A DNA stretch of 28,926 bases from Candidatus Eiseniibacteriota bacterium (lineage in GTDB: Bacteria; Eisenbacteria; RBG-16-71-46; JABDJR01; JAWXBZ01), in NCBI GenBank assembly GCA_034440375.1, contig JAWXBZ010000058.1:1-28926 (forward strand), read 5' to 3'. The notes below the pieces were generated by a model. That model was not told where the DNA came from, searched no databases, and saw only the letters and a list, made by a program, of their open reading frames with translations. The position numbers and the translations under genes were made by a program. Shown here piece after piece: positions 1 through 9,241 of the stretch (position 1 is the stretch's first letter; each line of letters opens with the position of its first letter).

Positions 1-2
1 CA

Positions 3-104
3 GCGGCACTCGGTGCGAGGCCGCTGGTGAACAATCGCTACAAGGTGGACCTGGTGGCGGGGTTGGTGACGAGGGCGTTGACGCTATTGGCACTCCGTGA
101 ATGA
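3..104 (+). CDS. C-terminal end (partial, begins before the window) of a xanthine/CO-dehydrogenase-family FAD-binding subunit
   Basis: Frame from nt 3 reads ALGARPLVNNRYKVDLVAGLVTRALTLLALRE*. The A.PL..N.YKV.L...LV.RAL pattern is typical of the C-terminus of YagS/PaoB-like flavoprotein subunits. Not in the ORF track. Confidence 0.7.
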   Translation, partial: AALGARPLVNNRYKVDLVAGLVTRALTLLALRE

Positions 105-208
105 AAGACCCTGGTTGACCGGCAAGTGAACTCGACGATCGCCTTCGGTCTCCGTCGTTGGGCGGCGGGGCCTGTATGGTTTCAGCGCATCGCAGCCAGG
201 AGATAGCC

Positions 209-634
209 ATGCACGAGCAACTGAAGGCGAAACTGGATCGGTCATTCACACTCACGCACGACCTCGTAGTCCATCTCGATGAGGAATCCCTGGGCCTGGA
301 TTTGCCACACCTGCCGGCCAACCGAATCTCGGGTCAGCTCTGGTGCATCGTCGGAGCGCGCGAAAGCTACACCAGTGCGATCGAGATGGGCGGCTGGAAG
401 GGCTTTTCGTGCAGCCTCACGACGCCGCGCGTGAAGCAATCGGTGCTTGCCGCCTTGGTATCGACGCATGAGCGCCTGGGCCAAATCGACTTCGCGGACT
501 TGACCGATGCGCAGGTTGAACTTGCGTTCGGACTTCTTGAACACGAGGTCCAGCACCACGGGCAACTCATTCGCTTTGTCTACGGGAACAGGCTTACCTT
601 CCCGGACAGTTGGAACAAGCGGTACACGGTGTAG
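209..634 (+). CDS. DinB/YfiT-like four-helix-bundle protein
   Basis: ATG at 209 follows a CAGGAG RBS. C-terminal LLEHEVQHHGQL motif is typical of the DinB superfamily. 141 aa. Confidence 0.75.
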   Translation: MHEQLKAKLDRSFTLTHDLVVHLDEESLGLDLPHLPANRISGQLWCIVGARESYTSAIEMGGWKGFSCSLTTPRVKQSVLAALVSTHERLGQIDFADLTDAQVELAFGLLEHEVQHHGQLIRFVYGNRLTFPDSWNKRYTV

Positions 635-713
635 CTTGAAGCATGCCTTTCGGTCTTTGCGCTGGCTGAGGGCGACATCGATTGAGAAGGGCGGACACAC
701 TCCAGCAGCCACA

Positions 714-786
714 GGTTCGCCGTACTGGTTTCGTGCGACATTACAATGTTGCAGGCGACCCCGGCAGGTGAGTTCGGTCGTTTGGC
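714..786 (+). repeat. Imperfect intergenic hairpin, attC-like remnant
   Basis: GGTTCGCC (714-721) pairs with GGCGACCC (754-761). Inner GCGACATT-AC-AATGTTGC (735-752). Ends in GGCAGGTGAGTTCGGTC-GTTTGGC, an imperfect R' core. Confidence 0.35.
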
Positions 787-883
787 ATGAGACCAACACA
801 TATCGGAATCGCCCTCTACCCTCTCCCTCGGTGAGATTGTCTCCCTCACCCCGTACCTGGAAGGAACCAAGCCCCAGGAGAGC

Positions 884-1066
884 ATGACCCTGTCCGAGGC
901 CGTCACGATGACGCCGATCATCGTCAGGTTCCGGGATGCCTTCACCGCCGAGGTCGCCAGCCTGTCGGTCGGCGATGTCGTCCGGGTGACCTCTTACATG
1001 ACACGAAACGATAAGAACCGCTTCCCCTACCCCGAGCTGGCCAGCGGCGGCGGCGCGGCGGTGTAA
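884..1066 (+). CDS. Small hypothetical protein (60 aa), possibly a gene remnant
   Basis: CAGGAG RBS just before the ATG, GC3-rich codons, and a 'LSVGDVVRVT' beta-strand motif reminiscent of OB folds. Confidence 0.4.
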   Translation: MTLSEAVTMTPIIVRFRDAFTAEVASLSVGDVVRVTSYMTRNDKNRFPYPELASGGGAAV

Positions 1067-1100
1067 TGAACCAGCGGGATGAGTCGATGACCTGATACCT

Positions 1101-1177
1101 CGAACCAGTCACTCGAAACAGGCGGCGCCGGGCCAGGAGGGCCGGCGCCGCTTTCGACTATTGATCCCCGGTTCGCC
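1101..1177 (+). repeat. Nested inverted repeat (attC-like or terminator hairpin)
   Basis: CGAACC (1101-1106)/GGTTCG (1170-1175); TCGAAA (1113-1118)/TTTCGA (1152-1157); GCGGCGCCGG (1122-1131)/CCGGCGCCGC (1142-1151). Confidence 0.5.
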
Positions 1178-1224
1178 TTCCGGCACGCTCCACCGATGAC
1201 GTCAAACGCACCGGCGCGCGAAAC

Positions 1225-2004
1225 ATGACGGACATCGTCACTTCCTTCGACGGTAATCACATCGCGTATGAAGCGGCGGGTGAAGGAACGCCGGCCCTCG
1301 TCTTCGTCCACGGCTGGTCCTGTGACCGAGGCTACTGGGAGGGACAATTACAACCGTTCTCCCGCCAGTTCAAGGTCGTAGCCGTCGATCTTGCCGGGCA
1401 TGGCGAATCCGGTTTCGGACGCGAGGCGTGGACGATGGCCGCGTTCGGCGGCGACGTTGCGGCCGTCGTGAGACAGCTTGGCCTCGAACGTATCATCCTT
1501 GTCGGCCACTCCATGGGAGGCGACGTGATCGTGGAGGCGGCGCGCCGGCTGTCGGGCCGCGTGGCAGGCCTGGTCTGGATCGACACCTATAAACAACTCC
1601 GGACACCCCGCACTCCCGAACAGCTTCAGGCATTCCTGGCGCCGTTCCGCGCCAATTTCGTGGAAACGACCCGCGCCTTCGTTCGGAGCATGTTTCCTCC
1701 CGGTTCCGATCCGTCCCTGGTCGAGCGAGTGGCGGCGGACATGTCGGCGGCCCCTTCCGCCGTCGCCCTCGGGGCGATGGAGTCCGTGATCAGCTTCGAA
1801 CGCGAGATACCCCAAGCTTTGCAGGACTTAGGACTGCTGGTGGTCGCCATCAATCCCGATTGTCCACCGACCGACATCGCATCCATGGAGCAATGCGGTG
1901 TCGAGGTCGTTTTCATGCCGGGGACTGGCCACTTCCTGATGCTGGAGGATCACGAGCGTTTCAATCGCCTCCTCAGGACGGTGCTGGACAGGTTCGTACG
2001 ATGA
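1225..2004 (+). CDS. Alpha/beta fold hydrolase
   Basis: VFVHGW, DLAGHGES, nucleophile elbow GHSMGG, and C-terminal GTGHFLMLE catalytic His. Confidence 0.92.
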   Translation: MTDIVTSFDGNHIAYEAAGEGTPALVFVHGWSCDRGYWEGQLQPFSRQFKVVAVDLAGHGESGFGREAWTMAAFGGDVAAVVRQLGLERIILVGHSMGGDVIVEAARRLSGRVAGLVWIDTYKQLRTPRTPEQLQAFLAPFRANFVETTRAFVRSMFPPGSDPSLVERVAADMSAAPSAVALGAMESVISFEREIPQALQDLGLLVVAINPDCPPTDIASMEQCGVEVVFMPGTGHFLMLEDHERFNRLLRTVLDRFVR

Positions 2005-2101
2005 GGGTGGTCGGGGCGTCCGACATACCGTTGGCGCGGAACGCCCGCCGGCGCCGCCTTCCACGGTTGATTCCGGATCAGCCTTCCAGCAGTCTTCCCC
2101 G

Positions 2102-3046
2102 ATGACACCAAAGCACACCGACAACCAACGAATCGAATTCTGGCGGGATGGCCGGGCGACGCTGGTCGGGCTCATCGTGCTCATCGTGATTGTGGCCGTT
2201 GTTCTGGAACGCCGCGAAACCGCCCGCCGTCCGGCCACCCCCTCCGACACGACCGCCAGCGCCTCCGCCATCATCGACCTCGACCACGACGGCACCGCCG
2301 ACCCCCTCCCCGTCCGCCGCCTCGGCGACAACCCGGCCGCACAACCCGCCCTCGACGCCCTAAACGCCGCCGGTGGCTACGGCTTGTGGGGCGCCGGGCC
2401 CGCGCTGGCCGCCGACATGGATGAAATCTATTTCGATGACCGCGGCCTCATTCGCGAGACACGCCGCACACATCTCGTCATGACCCGAATCGGGTTACCG
2501 CGACTCGGGGTCACGTCGGAGGATGGCCGATGGAAAATGGGGATCGGCGGTGGCGGGCCCTGGGCCTCCGGCAAGGGGAGCAACGGGCTCTGGAGCGACG
2601 ACATCGGCCCCGGCTCGCTGCCGGTGCCTGACCGCGATCGCCTGGCGCTTCGGACCGCCTGGGTGCACCGCCTCCCCTACAACCTCGGTGATGTGGACGT
2701 GACTCTGGAGGCGCCGACATCCGATCCCGCCGATTCGCTTGTGCGCCTCGTGGCCATCCGGCCCTCCGCGCCGGGCGATACCACGGCCCGGCGGACACAA
2801 CTTGGCTTCGACCCGGTCAACCGGCATCTGGTCGAGGCGATATTTCTGGGGGTGGAACCGGTCACGGTCGCGCGATTCAGCGACTATCGGGCGGATGCTC
2901 CGGGCACCCCCGTCCGCCCGCATCGCCTCTCATTCCTGGAAGTCGATCCCGAATCGGCTGAACTCCGCCACATCCTTGAGATCCGGCTCGGACCGATCGA
3001 TTGGGATCCGGTGGTCGAGGCCGGAGCGTTCGAACCGCCGTTGTAG
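2102..3046 (+). CDS. Membrane-anchored hypothetical protein (possible LolA-like beta fold)
   Basis: N-terminal hydrophobic helix (TLVGLIVLIVIVAVVL), a DLDHDG DxDxDG motif, and 'AAGG..LW' plus 'FSDYR' segments reminiscent of LolA-like/lipoprotein-sorting-type proteins. Confidence 0.6.
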   Translation: MTPKHTDNQRIEFWRDGRATLVGLIVLIVIVAVVLERRETARRPATPSDTTASASAIIDLDHDGTADPLPVRRLGDNPAAQPALDALNAAGGYGLWGAGPALAADMDEIYFDDRGLIRETRRTHLVMTRIGLPRLGVTSEDGRWKMGIGGGGPWASGKGSNGLWSDDIGPGSLPVPDRDRLALRTAWVHRLPYNLGDVDVTLEAPTSDPADSLVRLVAIRPSAPGDTTARRTQLGFDPVNRHLVEAIFLGVEPVTVARFSDYRADAPGTPVRPHRLSFLEVDPESAELRHILEIRLGPIDWDPVVEAGAFEPPL

Positions 3047-3076
3047 GCAGGCCGCTCGCCCGGCATACTGCGCTTC

Positions 3077-4342
3077 GTGCTCAAATCACTCCACGGTCGG
3101 ATGCTGGTCGGCGGGCTTCTCGGCGTCACGATTGGCGTCGCCGCCCACGTTACGCTTGCCGGGAACCCGGGCCTCGATGCGTTCATCAGGAACGTGTCCC
3201 AGCCGGTCGGGCAGATCTTCCTTCGGCTCCTTTTCATGCTGGTCGTGCCGCTGATCGTGTCCGCGCTCGCGCTTGGCATCGCAGGGCTCAACGACCTGTC
3301 GAGCCTCGGCCGGGTCGGCCTCAAGACGCTGGCGTACACGGTTGTGGTGTCGGCCATCGCCGTCGTCATTGGCATCGGCCTGGTCAATGTCCTCCGCCCC
3401 GGGGATGGCCTGCCGCCGGCCGCCCGCGAGAAACTGCTGGCCGGCGCCGCCGAACGGGCCTCGGGCCTGTCGACCACGGTCACTGCGCCAAAGACCGGGG
3501 TCGATCTCCTGGTACAGATCGTGCCCGACAACCCGATCAAGGCGGCCGCCAACGGCGACATGCTCGGCGTCATGTTCTTTTCGCTGATGCTCGGCATCGG
3601 CCTGGCGATTACGCATACCGAAGGAGCACGACGCTTCCAGGGAGCGCTCGAGGGGCTCTACGACGTCACGATGACACTGATCGGGATCGTCATCCAGCTG
3701 GCCCCGATCGGCGTGGCGGCTCTGCTCTTCACGTTGACCGCGCAGCTCGGCTGGGATGTCCTGGTGCTGCTCGGCCGCTACGTCTTCGTCGTCGTGCTCG
3801 GTCTCGCCATCCACCAGTTCGTCGTCTACTCATTGACCGTGCGCCTTCTTGGCGGCATGAATCCGATCACATTCTTTCGCGGCATCACCGAAGCGATGTT
3901 GACCGCGTTTTCCACCGCCTCCAGCAACGCAACGCTCCCGACCTCGATTCGCGTAGCCGAGGAGAAACTCCATCTCCCCCCTGCCATCAGCCGATTCGTC
4001 CTGACCATCGGATCGACCGCCAACCAGAACGGCACGGCGCTCTTCGAAGGGGTGACCGTCCTCTTTCTGGCCCAATTCTACGGCGTCGAACTTGGCCTCG
4101 GCCAGCAGGCGCTGGTGGTCTTCATCTGCATCCTGGGCGGCATCGGCACGGCCGGCGTCCCCGCCGGATCCCTGCCGGTCATCGCCCTCATCCTCGGGAT
4201 GGTGCATGTCCCGGTCGAAGGAATCGGCATCATCCTCGGCGTCGACCGATTTCTCGACATGTGCCGGACCACGCTCAATGTGACCGGTGATCTGGCGGCA
4301 GCGGTGGTGGTTTCGCGCGGGGAATCACAGCCGGTGGAATGA
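3077..4342 (+). CDS. Dicarboxylate/amino acid:cation symporter (DAACS, GltP/DctA family), intact copy
   Basis: 421 aa polytopic protein with AFSTASSNATLP, GSTANQNGTALF (NMDG-equivalent), GTAGVPAG and GVDRFLDMCRTTLNVTGD motifs. Confidence 0.95.
   Translation: MLKSLHGRMLVGGLLGVTIGVAAHVTLAGNPGLDAFIRNVSQPVGQIFLRLLFMLVVPLIVSALALGIAGLNDLSSLGRVGLKTLAYTVVVSAIAVVIGIGLVNVLRPGDGLPPAAREKLLAGAAERASGLSTTVTAPKTGVDLLVQIVPDNPIKAAANGDMLGVMFFSLMLGIGLAITHTEGARRFQGALEGLYDVTMTLIGIVIQLAPIGVAALLFTLTAQLGWDVLVLLGRYVFVVVLGLAIHQFVVYSLTVRLLGGMNPITFFRGITEAMLTAFSTASSNATLPTSIRVAEEKLHLPPAISRFVLTIGSTANQNGTALFEGVTVLFLAQFYGVELGLGQQALVVFICILGGIGTAGVPAGSLPVIALILGMVHVPVEGIGIILGVDRFLDMCRTTLNVTGDLAAAVVVSRGESQPVE
3629..4342 (+). repeat. 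Direct repeat copy 1 (714 bp, 3' part of the DAACS gene)
   Basis: Aligns without indels to 19482-20195, with about 40 mismatches by hand count. Confidence 0.95.
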
Positions 4343-4459
4343 TTCTGGCGATACTCCGGCCCCCTCCGGGGAAGCGGCAACGGCCCGTCGTTTGGCCGCG
4401 AGACATTTAACGGGTAAAACGGCCATTGACTCCTTCCGCCCGGCGTCCCGCGTAGCCGG

Positions 4460-4472
4460 GTGACATTGTCAC
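4460..4472. promoter_or_regulatory. Perfect 6-1-6 palindrome GTGACA-T-TGTCAC, possible operator
   Basis: Seen directly in the intergenic region upstream of the methionine-synthase remnant. The binding factor is unknown. Confidence 0.3.
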
Positions 4473-4567
4473 TACTATTCTCTGGAACGCGCATTCAAAT
4501 TGGCTGGAGTAAACAACAATAGAGGCGAACCATGGAAAGCATTGTGAAGGCCCACGTGCCGGATCGC

Positions 4568-5046
4568 ATGACCATCCCGACCGAGCCAATCGGCAGTATT
4601 CCGAAAAGGGGCCCACAGCGTTCAAATCGATTTCACCGAGGGGCGGTTGGCGGTAAAGATCGATCCATCCGGGCACCTGCTTCACAGTTTCATCGACTTG
4701 AACAATCTGGCGCTGTCGCGCTTTTCCGCGGAGGACCGCAGACGGATCGGGGTGCACACCTGCCCGGGCGGTGACCGTGATTCGACCCACAGTGGCGATG
4801 TTGACTACGCCGAGCTGTTGCCGAGCCTGTTTGAACTGAATGCCGGGAACTTCTACATCGCACTGGCGGGGGAGAAAGATCCTGTCCGCGTCCTGAAGAT
4901 CATCCGCCAATACATGAGGTCGGACCGACGCGTGTTCGTCGGCGTGGTGGCACCGATCGATCCGCGTGTCGAGACACCGGGAGAAGTTCGAGACCGCACC
5001 CTCGAAGCTGCCAGGCACATTCCCGTCGAGCAACTTGGCACGACGG
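4568..5046 (+). pseudogene. Cobalamin-independent methionine synthase II-family (MetE C-domain-like) pseudogene
   Basis: The family N-terminus MTIPTEPIGSIP (4568) is joined out of frame to GAHSVQIDFTEGRL...IGVHTCPGGD...VETP.EVRDR...IPVEQLGTT. This implies a large internal deletion with frameshift. The expected following DDCGF (third Zn ligand) is missing, so the 3' end is truncated too. Confidence 0.8.
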
Positions 5047-5108
5047 CCGTCTACACCGGCTCTCCTGCACGGACTATGGGTGGTCGATCGACACCGCGTT
5101 GCTGACAA

Positions 5109-5867
5109 TTATCGGTCTGGTTCCATTTCCGACCTGGATTCGGTGACCTCACGCCTCCCCACGGCCCGCGGGAAGAGTATGTTGTTCTCCTTGTGGACAT
5201 GCCGGTGCATGTCGCGCTCCAGATCCGCCAGGCCGGATAGCAGGGCCTGGTGAGTCTGGCAGGCAGATGGCGACGGTGTGAAGTTGTCGGTCAGAACCCG
5301 CATCCGGGCCAGCGCCTCGCCGGCATGCTCATGTTCGGCTTCCATGACCCGGATGGGGCCGCTGACTCCCACGCTGCAACAGGCCGCGCGGTCGGCGGCT
5401 GGTTGGGTGCCCGCCTCGAGCGAGCGGATCAACGGAAAGAGGATTTCCTCTTCTTTCATCATGTGGCTTCCGATTTCGGCCGTGAACGACCTGAGTATTG
5501 TCTGCAATTCCAGCAGGCGCGGGTCACGCGGGCCGTGTTTCTCGGCCACCTTCTCCATCCGCCGCTGCAGGTGCGGCAGTTCATTCCTCAGGAACGTGTG
5601 ATGGGTTCGCTCGATTTGGTCACAGAGCGCCGTCATCGACAATCGCGACGGATCGGGCTCGGCGCCCACGCCCCCGGCATATTCCGCCTCGAGTTGGCTC
5701 ATGACCGTGTCGGCACTCACGCCCGACGATTCACAGGCCGTATCCAGACGCCGCCGGCCTCCACAGCAGTAGTCGATCCCGAGCGACTCGAAGATCCGGG
5801 CCCGCCCGGGTCGTTCCGTGACAAGTTGCCCCACAGTCTGTTCCATCCATTTCTGGGTCGTGTTCAT
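5109..5867 (-). CDS. ric: Iron-sulfur cluster repair di-iron protein (Ric/YtfE/DnrN/ScdA)
   Basis: GIDYCCGG N-domain, plus hemerythrin-like motifs HH.FLR.ELP, HMMKEE.ILFP, MEAEH and HVHKENNILFP. ATG at 5867 follows a GAGGAGG RBS. Confidence 0.93.
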   Translation of the reverse strand: MNTTQKWMEQTVGQLVTERPGRARIFESLGIDYCCGGRRRLDTACESSGVSADTVMSQLEAEYAGGVGAEPDPSRLSMTALCDQIERTHHTFLRNELPHLQRRMEKVAEKHGPRDPRLLELQTILRSFTAEIGSHMMKEEEILFPLIRSLEAGTQPAADRAACCSVGVSGPIRVMEAEHEHAGEALARMRVLTDNFTPSPSACQTHQALLSGLADLERDMHRHVHKENNILFPRAVGRREVTESRSEMEPDR

Positions 5868-5913
5868 CGTGACGCCTCCTCTGGGTGGCTCATTGACGGC
5901 CACCCGATTGTGA

Positions 5914-7236
5914 TCAGGTACTGATATCAAACCGGTGTTTCAGCTCCGGCGTGGCCGCATGCATTATTTTCCACACGACCAGATGGAGCCAGATCAGGCT
6001 GGTTGCGGTGACCAGAAGAAGAATGACGAACGTGGTCTGGGGGATATGGGTGAACTGGTAGGCGTACGCGAACAGCAGCGGCAGGAAGAAGCCGCCGAGC
6101 GCGCCCAGGAGACCTACCAGCCCGCCCACCGCACCGACATCCCGCGGGAAATATTCGGGAATGTACTTGTAGACCGCCGCCTTCCCGATCCCCATGCAGC
6201 ATCCGACGATGAAGATGAGCAGCGTGAAGAGTCCGGGAGACATGACGAAGCGCATCGTGTTCAGCTCGCCGCCGGCCGAAACTCTCTCGGGTACGTACAG
6301 GACGATGTGCCCGTTCGGCGCGGCCAGGAGCAGCAGTGCCGCGGTCATCCCCCCCAGGACCCAGTACATGATGCGCCGCGCGCCGATCCGATCGGACAGC
6401 CAGCCGCCCAGCGGCCGGAGCAGGCTGGCCGGAAAGATGAAGAGCGCGGTCAGCAGGGCCGCCTGGCCGAGCGGCAGGTGAAACACGTCCATGTAGTACT
6501 TCGGCAGCCAGACCGACAGGGCCACGTAGGCACCAAATACCACGACGTAGTAGAGACTGAATCGCCATACGCGCATCTGGCCGAGCGGACGGAGCAAATC
6601 ACGAAGCGGTCGACCCGCTCCGGGCTTGTGATCCTGGCGCGGCGTCAGGAGCCAGATGGCACAGGCCATGACCAGGCACGACACGCCGTAGAGAAACGGC
6701 ACGAATCGCCAGCCTCCTGGAATCCAACTGCCCAGGAATCCCGCCGCAGGCACCGCGACGATGAGCCACGGACCGATGAACTTGGTCACGGAGGCTCCGA
6801 CATTGCCAGCGCCGAAGACGCCAAGTGCGAACCCCTGCCGTTCGCGCGGAAACCAGGCGGAATTCCAGGCAATGCCCACCGAGAAGGCATTGCCGGCCAT
6901 GCCGACAAGAAACGCGCTGAACAGGAGCTGGTTGAAATCGCGGGCCTGGCTGACCATGAACGCGGGGATGGCCGTCAGGCCGACCAGCAGGGTCAGGACG
7001 AGGCGCCCGCCGAAGCGGTCGGTCCAGATGCCGAACAGGAGGCGCCAGATCGATCCATTCAGGATGGCCACCGCCGTGAGCCAACCGAACTGGACATCCG
7101 AAAGCCCGAACTCTTTTCGGATCGGAATGCCCAGCACGCCGAACATCAGCCAGACGGCGAACATCAGGGTGAAGGCCAGTGTGGAAACGGTCAGGATGAC
7201 GTTGCTGTGCGGTGTCGCGTCAGACCTTCCTAGCAT
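5914..7236 (-). CDS. narK: MFS nitrate/nitrite transporter (NarK1-like)
   Basis: 12-TM MFS pattern with nitrate-signature motifs FGAGNVGAS and GAVGGLVGLLGALGGF. ATG at 7236 has a GGAGG RBS and overlaps the upstream stop. Confidence 0.9.
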   Translation of the reverse strand: MLGRSDATPHSNVILTVSTLAFTLMFAVWLMFGVLGIPIRKEFGLSDVQFGWLTAVAILNGSIWRLLFGIWTDRFGGRLVLTLLVGLTAIPAFMVSQARDFNQLLFSAFLVGMAGNAFSVGIAWNSAWFPRERQGFALGVFGAGNVGASVTKFIGPWLIVAVPAAGFLGSWIPGGWRFVPFLYGVSCLVMACAIWLLTPRQDHKPGAGRPLRDLLRPLGQMRVWRFSLYYVVVFGAYVALSVWLPKYYMDVFHLPLGQAALLTALFIFPASLLRPLGGWLSDRIGARRIMYWVLGGMTAALLLLAAPNGHIVLYVPERVSAGGELNTMRFVMSPGLFTLLIFIVGCCMGIGKAAVYKYIPEYFPRDVGAVGGLVGLLGALGGFFLPLLFAYAYQFTHIPQTTFVILLLVTATSLIWLHLVVWKIMHAATPELKHRFDIST

Positions 7237-8597
7237 GGGGCCTCCGCGCGACGGCGATAGTAAAACCACCATGTGAGGCCAAGACAGCTGGCATAGAACG
7301 CCAGGAACCAGGCCAGGGCCGATTGTGGCGTCCCACTCTTGATGGCGTTACCAAAGGCGATGGGAATGATGAACCCGCCGTAAGCGCCAATGGCCGAACT
7401 AAAGCCAAGTATGGCGCTGGCCTCGAGAGTTCCAGCCCGCCGCGCGGCCTCCACCGACGTGCCGGCACGCTGCGCACGGCCCAGACTCTGATTCAGGAAG
7501 ATTACCGGGATCATCTTGAACGTGGAGGCATTCCCGACGCCGGCTGTCATGAAGAGCAGGAGAAAGAGGACCAGGAAGCCACCGAACTCCCGGGTGTTCA
7601 CGAAATGGATGACTCCCCCGGCGGCCCCCATCATGGCCAGAAAATTCCAGAACGTGACCCGGGCCCCACCCCATCGATCGGACATCCACCCGCCAACCGG
7701 GCGGGCCAGTGCGCCGACCAGTGGGCCCAGAAACGCGAACTGGAGGGGATCGACTCCGTCGAAGATCGACTTGATGAGCCGGGGAAACGCGGCCGAGTAG
7801 CCGATGAACGAACCGAAGGTGCCGAGGTAAAGCCAGCACATGATCCAGTTGTGTTTCCGCCGAAAGATGATCGCCTGATGGCGGAAAGAGGCCCGGGCCG
7901 TGTCCAGGTTGTTCATGCCGAACCAGGCCACCACGGTCACGACCAGGATCATCGGCACCCAGACCCATCCGGCGTTTTGAAGCCAGAGGCTTCGGGTTTG
8001 ACCCGACACCACGACTTGTTGCGGTGCGCCACCAATCGCAGAAAAGAGCGGCATGGCGATGGCGATCGGGACAAGAAATTGCATGAAGCTGACGCCCAGG
8101 TTTCCAAGGCCGGCATTCAGGCCAAGACCCATTCCCTTCCGGGCCGCCGGGAAAAACGGATTGATGTTGGCCATGCTCGATGCAAAGTTGGCGCCCCCGA
8201 ATCCGCACAGGAGGGCCAGCAGCACGAACGTTTCGTAGGATGTGGCGGGGTTCTGCACCGCCAGGCCGATGCCGACGGCCGGCACCAGGAGGGAGGCCGT
8301 GCTCAACACGGTCCAGTTGCGGCCCCCGAAGATCGGCACCATGAAGGAGTAGAGGATGCGCATCGTGGCTCCGGTCAGCGCCGGCAGCGCGGCCAGCCAG
8401 AACTCCTGTTGCTCGGTGAAATGGAATCCGATGGCCCGAAGCTTCACGACGATGACGCTCCAGACCATCCAGACCGAAAAGGCCAGCAAAAGGGCCGGAA
8501 TGGATATCCAGAGATTGCGATTGGCGATGCGCTCGCCGGTTTCGCTCCAGAAGGTCGGGTCTTCCGGGCGCCAGTCCTTGATACGGTGCGTTGTCAT
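7230..8597 (-). CDS. narK: MFS nitrate/nitrite transporter (NarK2/NarU-like)
   Basis: W.PED..FW...G..IA.RNLWISIP N-terminus; CGFGGANFASSM, GLNAGLGNLG, YLGTFGSFIGYS, GNASTFKMIP and SAIGAYGGF motifs. Confidence 0.95.
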   Translation of the reverse strand: MTTHRIKDWRPEDPTFWSETGERIANRNLWISIPALLLAFSVWMVWSVIVVKLRAIGFHFTEQQEFWLAALPALTGATMRILYSFMVPIFGGRNWTVLSTASLLVPAVGIGLAVQNPATSYETFVLLALLCGFGGANFASSMANINPFFPAARKGMGLGLNAGLGNLGVSFMQFLVPIAIAMPLFSAIGGAPQQVVVSGQTRSLWLQNAGWVWVPMILVVTVVAWFGMNNLDTARASFRHQAIIFRRKHNWIMCWLYLGTFGSFIGYSAAFPRLIKSIFDGVDPLQFAFLGPLVGALARPVGGWMSDRWGGARVTFWNFLAMMGAAGGVIHFVNTREFGGFLVLFLLLFMTAGVGNASTFKMIPVIFLNQSLGRAQRAGTSVEAARRAGTLEASAILGFSSAIGAYGGFIIPIAFGNAIKSGTPQSALAWFLAFYASCLGLTWWFYYRRRAEAPC

Positions 8598-9241
8598 CGA
8601 TCGTTCTCCCGGTCCGCGTTGTCACCGGTCGCCGAACCGGACGCGAATGCGAACCCATGCAGGAGGTGCTTGAGGCCGTACAGGCCCAGGATCGTGGCCA
8701 GAAGCGTCAGGATCAGTGACGTCCGGTTCTTCCAGAAGTTGTACTGAAACAGCTTCCAGGGGTCTCCATCGGTGTCGAGCAGGGGGTGTGTTCCTGCCCG
8801 ATACTCGTCGCGGTCAGTTATTCCGTCGTGGTCAAGATCGCTGTCGAAAGGGAGGGCCGAAGCCAGCTCCATGGGTACGAGGCGCAGCTCGAGGATTCGC
8901 TTCTTCCCCAATCGATTGAGCAGATGGTTTCCGAACGGATTAAGAATGGGGCTGGTCGCGTGATTGTCGGGCGACAGCGCCGCGCGGGCCTGCCCGAGCT
9001 GGGCCAGTTCGGCGGCGCTCAGGCGGCCGATCTGCCCCGGTGCCGTCCCCTCCGGCCCGTCGGCATGGGCATGACAGAAGGCACAGTTCACGGGCCGGGC
9101 GGTGGTCTTCAGAATGGAACGTTGAAACTCCGGATAGGCGGCCGCAGGCGGTGAATCCAGGGTGCACGCGCCCAGCAGCGCCGCGCACATGGTCACGATG
9201 CGGCAGAAACTCGTCGCGACATCCGACTGGCGTCGCATCAT
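8594..9241 (-). CDS. Membrane-anchored monoheme c-type cytochrome with a DxDxDG Ca-binding repeat
   Basis: Signal peptide (AAA|YPEF), one CAFCH, DSDLDHDGITDRDEY..GTHP, and a C-terminal TM helix. Translationally coupled at both ends. Confidence 0.75.
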   Translation of the reverse strand: MMRRQSDVATSFCRIVTMCAALLGACTLDSPPAAAYPEFQRSILKTTARPVNCAFCHAHADGPEGTAPGQIGRLSAAELAQLGQARAALSPDNHATSPILNPFGNHLLNRLGKKRILELRLVPMELASALPFDSDLDHDGITDRDEYRAGTHPLLDTDGDPWKLFQYNFWKNRTSLILTLLATILGLYGLKHLLHGFAFASGSATGDNADRENDR

